Assembly (NCBI GenBank): GCA_002269645.1
Contig: NIVC01002601.1
Coordinates: 93,950-157,949 of the forward strand
Length of the DNA stretch: 64,000 nt
Source of the DNA: Macrostomum lignano
Taxonomy: Eukaryota
Direction: 5' to 3'
A program made the translations under genes and the position numbers. The notes under the pieces are model-generated. The model saw only the letters and a list, made by a program, of their open reading frames with translations. It was not told the DNA's origin and made no database searches. This document shows, piece after piece, positions 26,591-38,322 of this stretch (positions within the stretch are counted from its first letter, which is position 1; each line of letters opens with the position of its first letter).

Positions 26591-27664
26591 TATCTACCAA
26601 ATTCATGCTTCTCTGCAGCTATTCAACATGCTGCACTGTTTTTAAACTCCTATTTTCCCGTCTCAATGCCTCCCGTTTGATCGTTTTTGAAATGGCCGAA
26701 AACAATAAAAAACGTTGAAATCGAAATGAAATGACTGCTCCTTCTACGGTCCAGCTGTTCCGAGTGGGCGCGATGCATTTATGCCAAGTTAATTGGGATA
26801 TTTTTACCTGTACAGGCAATGCTAAACAGTATTCTGCTTGAATGCAAGGGCGGCGGGCGCACTGAAGAAGACGGCAAAATAACAAAGCAGTTGATTCTAC
26901 ACCGACAAAGGTTTGCTCCACAATGGGTGGCGAAAACAATAGGTTATTGTTCTCCACCAAGCTGCAGTCATCGCAGCGGAGCGGATCACACTCAGCTCAG
27001 GGGTTTTTCTCGTAGCCAATTTTTTCTTGCAGCGGAAAGCAGTTAGCTGTGGAAAATAAAAACTATTTTTTTAAATTGATTTTTTCTGCTGTTGCTGTTT
27101 CTGCTGCCGATTTCTGGAAACAATTAAAAGCAACTCTGCTTTGTTGCAATTGTGAGCAGCGGCTTCTTCAAGACAGTTGACTGCTGCTGGGAAGCTGAAT
27201 AAAGCCCATTGAGTCTGTGCTATTGTTTGCGCATAATACCAGACTGGGTTTTCTTTGTCTTGCCTAATATAATACTCATTTACAATCCTTCTGTGGGGGG
27301 GGGGCGCCGCGATCCCCTCTTCTAATTGGGGAGTCGATTGCTGCGATGCGCAATAGATTTTGTTGATTTATCTCAATCCGTTAAGACTTTTTTGCGGCAT
27401 GAATTTTGAGCAGTTTTTTATTGTTCTGTCCTGTTCCTCTCAGCTGCTGAGAGAGTATTTAATTTTCTAATAATTATAAATAGTAAAACAAATGACATAA
27501 CTTTTGTCGGCTGTGTTTAATAAGATGTGTACTTGGGTATATTTTTGCAAAAAAGAAGTTTATTTCACAATATAAGAGTAAGACACCAAGACACATTAAT
27601 GTTACTGAAAACATTATAAATTAAATTTTGATTTTGTAATCCACGACATGACAGCAACAGGTAG

Positions 27665-30600
27665 TCAATTAACTGAGAATTATCTATCAATTAACTGAGG
27701 ATTATCTATCAATTAACTGAGGATTATATATCAATGAACTGAGGATTATCTATCAATTAACTGAGGATTATCTATCAATTAACTGAGAATTATCTATCAA
27801 TTAACTGAGGATTATCTATCAATTAACTGAGGATTATCTATCAATTAACTGAGGATTATCTATCAATTAACTGAGGATTATCTATCAATTAACTGAGGAT
27901 TATCTATCAATTAACTGAGGATTATATATCAATGAACTGAGGATTATCTATCAATTAACTGAGGATTATCTATCAATTAACTGAGAATTATCTATCAATT
28001 AACTGAGGATTATCTATCAATTAACTGAGGATTATCTATCAATTAACTGAGGATTATCTATCAATTAACTGAGGATTATCTATCAATTAACTGAGGATTA
28101 TCTATCAATTAACTGAGGATTATATATCAATTAACTGAGGATTATATATCAATTAACTGAGGATTATCTATCAATTAACTGAGGATTATCTATCAATTAA
28201 CTGAGGATTATATATCAATTAACTGAGGATTATCTATAAATTAACTGAGGATTATCTATCAATTAACTGAGGATTATATATCAATTAACTGAGGATTATC
28301 TATCAATTAACTGAGGATTATATATCAATTAACTGAGGATTATATATCAATGAACTGAGGATTATCTATAAATTAACCGAGGATTATATATCAATTAACT
28401 GAGGATTATCGATCAATTAACTGGGGATTATCTATCAACTAACTGATGATTATCTATCAATTAACTGAGGATTATATATCAATTAACTGAGGATTATATA
28501 TCAATTAACTGAGGATTATCGATCAATTAACTGGGGATTATCTATCAACTAACTGATGATTATCTATCAATTAACTGAGGATTATATATCAATTAACTGA
28601 GGATTATATATCAATTAACTGAGGATTATCTATCAATTAACTGAGGATTATCTATCAATTAACTGAGGATTATCTATCAATTAACTGAGGATTATATATC
28701 AATGAACTGAGGATTATATATCAATGAACTGAGGATTATCTATCAATTAACCGAGGATTATATATCAATTAACTGAGGATTATCGATCAATTAACTGGGG
28801 ATTATCGGTCAACTAACTGATGATTATCTATCAATTAACTGAGGATTATATATCAATTAACTGAGGATTATATATCAATTAACTGAGGATTATCTATCAA
28901 TTAACTGAGGATTATATATCAATTAACTGAGGATTATATATCAATTAACTGAGGATTATCTATCAATTAACTGAGGATTATATATCAATGAACTGAGGAT
29001 TATATATCAATGAACTGAGGATTATCTATCAATTAACTGAGGATTATCTATCAATTAACTGAGGATTATATATCAATGAACTGAGGATTATATATCAATG
29101 AACTGAGGATTATCTATCAATTAACTGAGGATTATCTATCAATTAACTGAGGATTATCTATCAATTAACTGAGGATTATATATCAATTAACTGAGGATTA
29201 TATATCAATTAACTGAGGATTATATATCAATTAACTGAGGATTATATATCAATTAACTGAGAATTATCTATCAATTAACTGAGGATTATCTATCAATTAA
29301 CTGAGGATTATCTATCAATTAACTGAGGATTATATATCTATTAACTGAGGATTATATATCAATTAACTGAGGATTATATATCAATTAACTGAGGATTATC
29401 TATCAATTAACTGAGGATTATCTATCAATTAACTGAGGATTATCTATCAATTAACTGAGGATTATATATCTATTAACTGAGGATTATCTATCAATTAACT
29501 GAGGATTATCTATCAATTAACTGAGGATTATCTATCAATTAACTGAGGATTATCTATCAATTAACTGAGGATTATATATCAATGAACTGAGGATTATCTA
29601 TCAATTAACTGAGGATTATATATCAATGAACTGAGGATTATCTATCAATTAACTGAGGATTATCTATCAATTAACTGAGAATTATCTATCAATTAACTGA
29701 GGATTATCGAACAACTAATTGAGGATTATATATCAATCAACTGAGGATTATCTATCAATTAACTGAGGATTATCTATCAATTAACTGAGGATTATCTATC
29801 AATTAACTGAGGATTATCTATCAATTAACTGAGGATTATATATCAATGAACTGAGGATTATCTATCAATTAACTGAGGATTATCTATCAATTAACTGAGA
29901 ATTATCTATCAATTAACTGAGGATTATCTATCAATTAACTGAGGATTATCTATCAATTAACTGAGGATTATCTATCAATTAACTGAGGATTATCTATCAA
30001 TTAACTGAGGATTATCTATCAATTAACTGAGGATTATATATCAATTAACTGAGGATTATATATCAATTAACTGAGGATTATCTATCAATTAACTGAGGAT
30101 TATCTATCAATTAACTGAGGATTATATATCAATTAACTGAGGATTATCTATAAATTAACTGAGGATTATCTATCAATTAACTGAGGATTATATATCAATT
30201 AACTGAGGATTATCTATCAATTAACTGAGGATTATATATCAATTAACTGAGGATTATATATCAATGAACTGAGGATTATCTATAAATTAACCGAGGATTA
30301 TATATCAATTAACTGAGGATTATCGATCAATTAACTGGGGATTATCTATCAACTAACTGATGATTATCTATCAATTAACTGAGGATTATATATCAATTAA
30401 CTGAGGATTATATATCAATTAACTGAGGATTATCTATCAATTAACTGAGGATTATCTATCAATTAACTGAGGATTATCTATCAATTAACTGAGGATTATA
30501 TATCAATGAACTGAGGATTATATATCAATGAACTGAGGATTATCTATCAATTAACCGAGGATTATATATCAATTAACTGAGGATTATCGATCAATTAACT

Positions 30601-32025
30601 GGGGATTATCGGTCAACTAACTGATGATTATCTATCAATTAACTGAGGATTATCTATCAATTAACTGAGGATTATATATCAATTAACTGAGGATTATCTA
30701 TCAATTAACTGAGGATTATATATCAATTAACTGAGGATTATATATCAATTAACTGAGGATTATCTATCAATTAACTGAGGATTATATATCAATGAACTGA
30801 GGATTATATATCAATGAACTGAGGATTATCTATCAATTAACTGAGGATTATCTATCAATTAACTGAGGATTATATATCAATGAACTGAGGATTATATATC
30901 AATGAACTGAGGATTATCTATCAATTAACTGAGGATTATCTATCAATTAACTGAGGATTATCTATCAATTAACTGAGGATTATATATCAATTAACTGAGG
31001 ATTATATATCAATTAACTGAGGATTATATATCAATTAACTGAGGATTATATATCAATTAACTGAGAATTATCTATCAATTAACTGAGGATTATCTATCAA
31101 TTAACTGAGGATTATCTATCAATTAACTGAGGATTATATATCTATTAACTGAGGATTATATATCAATTAACTGAGGATTATATATCAATTAACTGAGGAT
31201 TATCTATCAATTAACTGAGGATTATCTATCAATTAACTGAGGATTATCTATCAATTAACTGAGGATTATATATCTATTAACTGAGGATTATCTATCAATT
31301 AACTGAGGATTATCTATCAATTAACTGAGGATTATCTATCAATTAACTGAGGATTGTCTATCAATTAACTGAGGATTATCTATCAATTAACTGAGGATTA
31401 TCTATCAATTAACTAACTGAGGATTATCTATCAATTAACTGAGGATTATCGAACAACTAACTGAGGATTATCGAACAACTAATTGAGGATTATATATCAA
31501 TCAACTGAGGATTATCTATCAATTAACTGAGGATTATATATCAATTAACTGAGGATTATCTATCAATTAAGTGAGGATTATCTATCAATTAACTGAGGAT
31601 TATCTATCAATTAACTGAGGATTATCTATCAATTAACTGAGGATTGTCTATCAATTAACTGAGGATTATCTATCAATTAACTGAGGATTATCTATCAATT
31701 AACTGAGGATTATCTATCAATTAACTGAGGATTATCGATCAACTAACTAACTGGGGATCATCGATCAACTAACTAACTGGGGATCATCGATCAACTAACT
31801 GAGGATTATCTATAAATTAACTGAGGATTATCTATCAATTAACTGAGGATTGTCTATCAATTAACTGAGGATTATCTATCAATTAACTGAGGATTATCTA
31901 TCAATTAACTGAGGTCTATCTATCAATTAACTGAGGATTATCTATCAATTAACTGAGGATTATCTATCAATTAACTGAGGATTATATATCAATTAACTGA
32001 GGATTATCTATCAATCAACCACTTA
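27665..32025. repeat. 22-bp satellite array (TCAATTAACTGAGGATTATCTA), about 4.4 kb
   Basis: About 198 units, with variant units recurring at a fixed 1804-bp offset. Confidence 0.98.
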
Positions 32026-32143
32026 ACTGATGATTACCTGTAAATAAACTTTATCCTAGTCATAAATCTGCCAACATGCGAGTAGCTTAGGATAAACTAA
32101 ACTGCAGAGCAGCAGTCCCCGAATCCCACAGTCAAACAGACGC

Positions 32144-32340
32144 CTATCCCAATCTGAAGGCGGATGGCTGCTCCACCCAGCCCATCAGCAGGCTGTACGA
32201 GGCCAACGATCTCTGGAATTCAGCAGCGGCGGCAGCGGCGGCAGCTGAGGAGCTGCAACCAGGCGGTTCGAAGACGGCGACGCCATTGCAGCCGCAGCCG
32301 CAGATTGGCGGCCTCAGTGGCACCGGCGTCTGTGGCAGCT

Positions 32341-32379
<39 letters not shown>

Positions 32380-32517
32380 ATCCGATGGTGAAGCTGCAAG
32401 GAAGCTGCGACTGCATCGACAGTGCCGGCGGTGGCTGTGGCGGCGGCAGCGGCAGGCTGCAGACGTGGAGCCCCGCCGAGTTTGATCGACGTTGGCCAGA
32501 TGAGCCATTCGGCGCCG
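32144..32517 (-). CDS. SoxB: SoxB gene, exon 2 (Pro/Ala-rich C-terminus); full CDS 765 nt, 254 aa
   Basis: Acceptor ATAATTTCAG| at 32518 joins in phase 1 to the frame ending ...FQRSLASYSLLMGWVEQPSAFRLG*. Confidence 0.72.
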
Positions 32518-32584
32518 CTGAAATTATTTGCGTTTTTGGGGCAGACGCCGTGGAAATTCATGGCAGAGACTGCACTCGCTGATC

Positions 32585-32920
32585 CCATCCCTTCCCCACC
32601 TGTCCCATCCCCGCCAGTCCCTTCCCCACCTGTCCCATCCCCGCCAGTCCCTTCCCCACCTGTCCCTTCCCCACCTGTCCCATCCCGGCCAGTCCCTTCC
32701 CCACCTGTCTCTTCCCCACCTCTCCCTTCCCCACCTGTCCCTTCCCCACCTGTCCCTTCCCCACCTGTCCCTTCCCCACCTGTCTCTTCCCCACCTCTCC
32801 CTTCCCCACCTGTCCCTTCCCCACCTGTCCCTTCCCCACCTGTCCCTTCCCCACCTGTCTCTTCCCACCTGTCCCTTCCCCACCTGTCCCTTCCCCACCT
32901 GTCCCTTCCCCACCTGTCCT
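32585..32920. repeat. 15-bp minisatellite (CCCTTCCCCACCTGT), Sox intron
   Basis: About 22 units. Confidence 0.93.
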
Positions 32921-33519
32921 GTCTCTTCCCTTTCTTACCTGTCCTCTCCCATCCAGTCTAGAAGCACAGAATTAAGAGAACTAGCGGTAATTAAGTGAAT
33001 GATAAATAATTTTTAATCTACAAGCTCTTTTAAAATAGCACTAGGTCTTGTTTTGCATCTAAAAGACAATAGTAGGTTATAATTTGGAAAGACTGCGGCC
33101 AGTGGAAGCTAAGAGTCATAAAAGTTTGCAAGCAGAGTTCTTTGGCAATTTGAACAAAAACAAACACAATTCTCAATATGAACAAAGAAACTGCACCACC
33201 CGAATAAGCTGCTAGATTGGTATCTGCTACGCTTGGCCTATGGGCATTTTTGACAAAGACCATTTGCAGTATTGCAGGCGCTTTGTGCGGGACAGAACAA
33301 GAATTACGGAAATCGGAGCACCAGATCCGGAACAGATGATAATGGGGTGTAAGGCTAGCCCATGCACCATATGGGCCGTAATAATGGCTATCTATGTCAA
33401 AATATTAGTTTCCTAATAAATAAAGCTCCGCTTCTTCAGAGTGTAATAAAACCTTTCAAAATATGGACAGTGTGGACTTTTTAATGAGTACAATAATATA
33501 ACTAATGGACAGCCAGACG

Positions 33520-34790
<1,271 letters not shown>

Positions 34791-34830
34791 CAAACAGGGG
34801 AAGCCTGTCCGCCCTCCCTGTACAACTAAC

Positions 34831-35221
34831 CGGCAGCTCTGGATGCCTTCCGCCGAGGCCGATACTTGTATCCGGGATGGTCGCGCATGTGCAGGTCCCT
34901 CAACCGGCTGGCCGCCTCAATGTAAGGCTTCTTGGCCGCCTCAGGCAGCTCACGCCAGGCGGCGCCCAGTCTCTGACTGATCTCGGAATTGTGCATCCGC
35001 GGATTCGCGCTGGACATCAATCGGCGCTGAGCCCGACTCCACACCATGAAGGCGTTCATTGGACGTTTCACGCGAACGCCAGAAGTGTCACCTGTTCCGG
35101 AACTTGTGGTTGTTGCCTGCAGCGGTGGCGGCGGTGGCAGGTGCGGCAGACTTGCGCTGAAGCTGGCTTCAATTTCGAATGGAATCGACATTGGAATGTC
35201 GCTTTGACTGCCGGTTGTCAT
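34831..35221 (-). CDS. SoxB: SoxB-group HMG-box transcription factor, exon 1
   Basis: [18 protein letters not shown]...[16 protein letters not shown]...[11 protein letters not shown]; phase-1 donor G|GTTAGT at 34830. Confidence 0.93.
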
Positions 35222-35494
35222 GCTTTCAATTAGAATGGAATTGTTGCTTCAAGGTTTTACCATTATTCAGTTCAGTAACGCATTCGTATTTTATAAAGAC
35301 GACCCCATGCAGATTTTTAGCGTTTGATTGGCTGGCTGACAGTTTGGCTGGGCCAGTTACAATTTGTTGGCAATTGGAATTTCTACGGGATAAAATTCTG
35401 TCCCATGAGGCCAACAATTTGTAGTATAATGCGATAAGGAGCTTGTTTTGGAGCACGGGGGAGCCATGCATTACGGAGGGGGGGGTACCACTCA

Positions 35495-35863
35495 AGGTTA
35501 CCACTCAAACTCTCTCTGTCTGGCCCACGGGTCCTTTGAGACTTCACAATAGCAATCCGGCCCGCTCAAGGTTTGTGTCTCTTCTCTCCTCTTTTCTCAC
35601 CCTCTGCTTTCATTTTCGCTCCTTGGCTTATCATCTTGCTTATCATCTCTCTCTCCTTTCTCCTAATCTTTCTTGTCTCCTCTTATCCTTTCTCTCATCT
35701 TCTCTCTCGCCTTTTCTCTTTCCGTCATCTCGAATCTCGGATCTCCTATTCTCCTCTATCCATTATTCCTTCTCCTTTTCTCTCCCTCTGGTCCGCAGTC
35801 ATGAGCTGCTTTCTTTGTCTGGCCCTTGGCCTTAGATAAAAAAAGTTCGTTCCCTCTGCCCCT
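35495..35863 (-). mobile_element. hAT-like MITE family copy with a CT-rich core
   Basis: Shared CTTCACAATAGCAATCCGGCCCGCTCAAGGTTTG and GGTCCGCAG...TCTGGCCCT segments; decayed termini. Confidence 0.65.
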
Positions 35864-35996
35864 AGTCGGCGTAGCGTACTTTAAGTAGAAAAAATCGGAC
35901 AAAAAAATAATTCAGCTTACGGCTCGCGGCTGAAGCGCAGAACTGTTGCCCTTGCTAGAGCCAGCTGGTGTGTTCCACCTAATTTCACTTTGCCAT

Positions 35997-36105
35997 GCCG
36001 ACGGTCTCCTACTGCGAAGACTCATAATTTTGCATGGTAAGACACCGCGTGGATCCAATTGAGCGATCTACTCAATTTTTGACAAGCCGCGCTTCCGCGG
36101 CTGCC
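35997..36105 (+). ncRNA. Spliced-leader (SL) RNA gene
   Basis: About 40-nt leader ending in ATG (36034-36036), then a GTAAG donor; stem-loop II GTGGATC/GATCTAC (36049-36071); Sm site AATTTTTG (36074-36081); 3' hairpin AGCCGCG-CTTC-CGCGGCT (36085-36102). Confidence 0.88.
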
Positions 36106-36500
36106 TAACAAAGCCTAAATTAATTGATTATTAATAATTATCCGTGTGTACAATAAATAATGATTATTCATTCGCCCTCGAGTCGCACCAGCAGCATCAA
36201 GAGACACATAATACAGCGAGCGCATCGCGGTGTGCAGTACACAGTGCAGGCTCGATCTCTTGGATCGATTTGCCATAATGAAATGTATTTTTTAGATCAA
36301 TTGCTCTTCTATGACTATATAGGAGTACATGTACAATTGTACAACTTTTTTATGGGATGGCGCTAGTTAAAATTAAAAAGTCGAACTGCACTGCACTTGC
36401 GTTGAGCTAGCTATTGGTTGATAATGTCAATCACCACCAACTGTTGCTCTTATATATGAGACGAGACGCCCCGTAATTAAGCGTACTACCTATTAGGTAT

Positions 36501-36759
36501 CAGTGGTGGCGCCGGGGGGGGGGGGGGGCAGAGGGTGCTGCTGCCCCCGGGCGACCTCCTACCTACCCTCCTGGGGGGTGGTGACTTACATGTACCTCCC
36601 ATCCCTCCGTGGTCTGACCCACAATAATTTCTTTAGTACGAGCTCGTTATATGCGTTTTTGTGAGATTTTATGCGATGCTCTAAAAATTCGCCGGCGAAG
36701 GGGGGGTGACCACCCAACAACCACCCCCTCTAATCGGAGTTGGTGCTGCGCCGCCACTA
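36501..36759. mobile_element. Small MITE-like insertion between the SL and 5S genes
   Basis: Inverted ends CAGTGGTGGCGC ... GCGCCGCCACTA and a G-run; no TSD found. Confidence 0.4.
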
Positions 36760-36819
36760 CTGTTATTATGTATAGCTGCAGGTTCAGGTTAATTATGAGC
36801 TAAGCTCCTATTAGCCAGT

Positions 36820-36939
36820 GGCAACGGCCATACCACGTTGAAAACACCGGTTCTCGTCTGATCACCGAAGTTAAGCAACGTTGGGTTTGGTTAGTACTTG
36901 GATGGGTGACCGCCTGGGAATACCAAATGCCGTTGTCTT
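36820..36939 (+). rRNA. 5S rRNA: 5S rRNA gene
   Basis: 120-nt canonical sequence (GGCCATACCACG...GATCACCGAAGTTAAGC...TAGTACTTGGATGGGTGACCGCCTGGGAATAC); helix I GGCAACGGC pairs with GCCGTTGTC. Confidence 0.97.
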
Positions 36940-36943
36940 TTTT
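36938..36943 (+). terminator. Pol III terminator (T6) of the 5S gene
   Basis: TTTTTT directly after helix I. Confidence 0.9.
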
Positions 36944-37319
36944 GTGAATTCTACATTAAAAATGATGTGTACCGTGTACGTAAAATGTTCCATCTATTAA
37001 CTAGACTTTTTACAAACCTCTTACAGACTTTTTACGAGAAGGTCGGTTTTTTATGTTGATTGAATTGAGAATCATTTATAAGCGTACCGTACTTTTAAAT
37101 CGTTGTTGATCTCATTATTTTAATATCTGATTTAATAATTTAGAAAAAAAAATTGATTTAACTGATTAACTTATCAGTTATAATTATAATGAAAACAAAT
37201 CTAGTCTTTCTTGAGAAAATATAAGCATTCTAAAATATGTACGACATTTTGCTAATTTTTCTACTGTTAGTAGCTAAAGTAGCCCTCACAAGATTAATAT
37301 GTTGAGACACGTCAACTTA

Positions 37320-37390
37320 AGAACATTCTAGAATTTTCTTAACGCATTACAATTTGGAATATTCTGGAAGGTCAGAGCAAGTCTATTTAA
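37320..37390 (+). promoter_or_regulatory. Two heat-shock elements plus TATA box of the small HSP gene
   Basis: aGAAcaTTCtaGAAttTTCt (four inverted nGAAn units, 37320-37339); gGAAtaTTCtgGAAg (three units, 37356-37370); TATTTAA at 37384-37390. Confidence 0.88.
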
Positions 37391-37473
37391 GCTAGAAAGC
37401 ACATCGTGTTTAGAAGTTAAGTTTTCACCGAACTGTTCAAATCAGCAATTATAATACGCCAGTCAACAACAGC

Positions 37474-38322
37474 ATGTCTCTCTGGCTAGCGCCTAGCAAC
37501 GTCTATACTCCATTCTCGCATTCGCTGCCTTTGCTGGCAGCTCTAAGCGAGCTGGACGACGCCCTGCTGCCCCACCACGACCCTCTGGTGCACCGGCTGA
37601 GGAGCCGCGGGCCGAAGCGGCCGCGCCAGTGGACTCGGTCGGTGGACCTGCGAGGCTTCGAGCCCAGCGAGGTGTCGGTGAAGCGAGACGGCTGCAAGAT
37701 GCGGATAGCGGCACGCCACGAGGACGGCGAAGATGTCACTGAGGTCAAGCGAACCATCGACGTGCCAGAAGACGTTGATGTTGAGAAGCTTAGCAGCGGA
37801 TTTACTAGAGAAGGAATTCTTCTACTGCAGGCGCCGTTCAAGGAGGAGCTTCGGGACCAGCAGCAGCAGCAATTGCAGAAGCAGAAGACGGAGAACTCAG
37901 TGTGGGATGAGCTGCGCGAGTTACTGAGAGCGCCGGACATCAGCCAGGACTCCATGGGCCACGTCGAAGATGTCGACGGGGGCGGCAAGCGATTCTGCGC
38001 CGAGCTGTCCGTGCGCGAGTTCAAGCCGGAGGAGATTCGCGTCAGACAGCAGGGCGACTGCGTGCTGGTTGAGGCGGAGCACAAGGAGGAGGCCGGCGGG
38101 CAGCGGGTGTACAAGAAGCTGGAGCGAATCTTCCAGCTGCCGGACGGCACCAAGCTGGACCAGGTGGCGAGCAAGCTCAGTCACGACGGCCGGCTGACCA
38201 TTCTGGCGCCGTTCGAGGCTCCGCCAGCCCAGGAGAAGCCGCATGTGAAGGACTTGCCAATGGAGACTGAACAGCAGCCGCCAGCTCCAGTGGTCGATGG
38301 TGATGGTCAAACCGCACCGTGA
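37474..38322 (+). CDS. hsp20: Small heat-shock protein with two alpha-crystallin domains (flatworm p40/Tsp36-type), intronless, 282 aa
   Basis: Two ACDs (VDLRGFEPSEVSV...SSGFTREGILLLQAP and LSVREFKPEEIRV...SKLSHDGRLTILAP); upstream HSEs. Confidence 0.94.
   Translation: MSLWLAPSNVYTPFSHSLPLLAALSELDDALLPHHDPLVHRLRSRGPKRPRQWTRSVDLRGFEPSEVSVKRDGCKMRIAARHEDGEDVTEVKRTIDVPEDVDVEKLSSGFTREGILLLQAPFKEELRDQQQQQLQKQKTENSVWDELRELLRAPDISQDSMGHVEDVDGGGKRFCAELSVREFKPEEIRVRQQGDCVLVEAEHKEEAGGQRVYKKLERIFQLPDGTKLDQVASKLSHDGRLTILAPFEAPPAQEKPHVKDLPMETEQQPPAPVVDGDGQTAP

Noticed and set aside
27665-32025. CRISPR-like appearance of the 22-, 30- and 42-bp arrays
   Set aside because: The units are head-to-tail with no unique spacers, there are no cas genes, and the context is eukaryotic.
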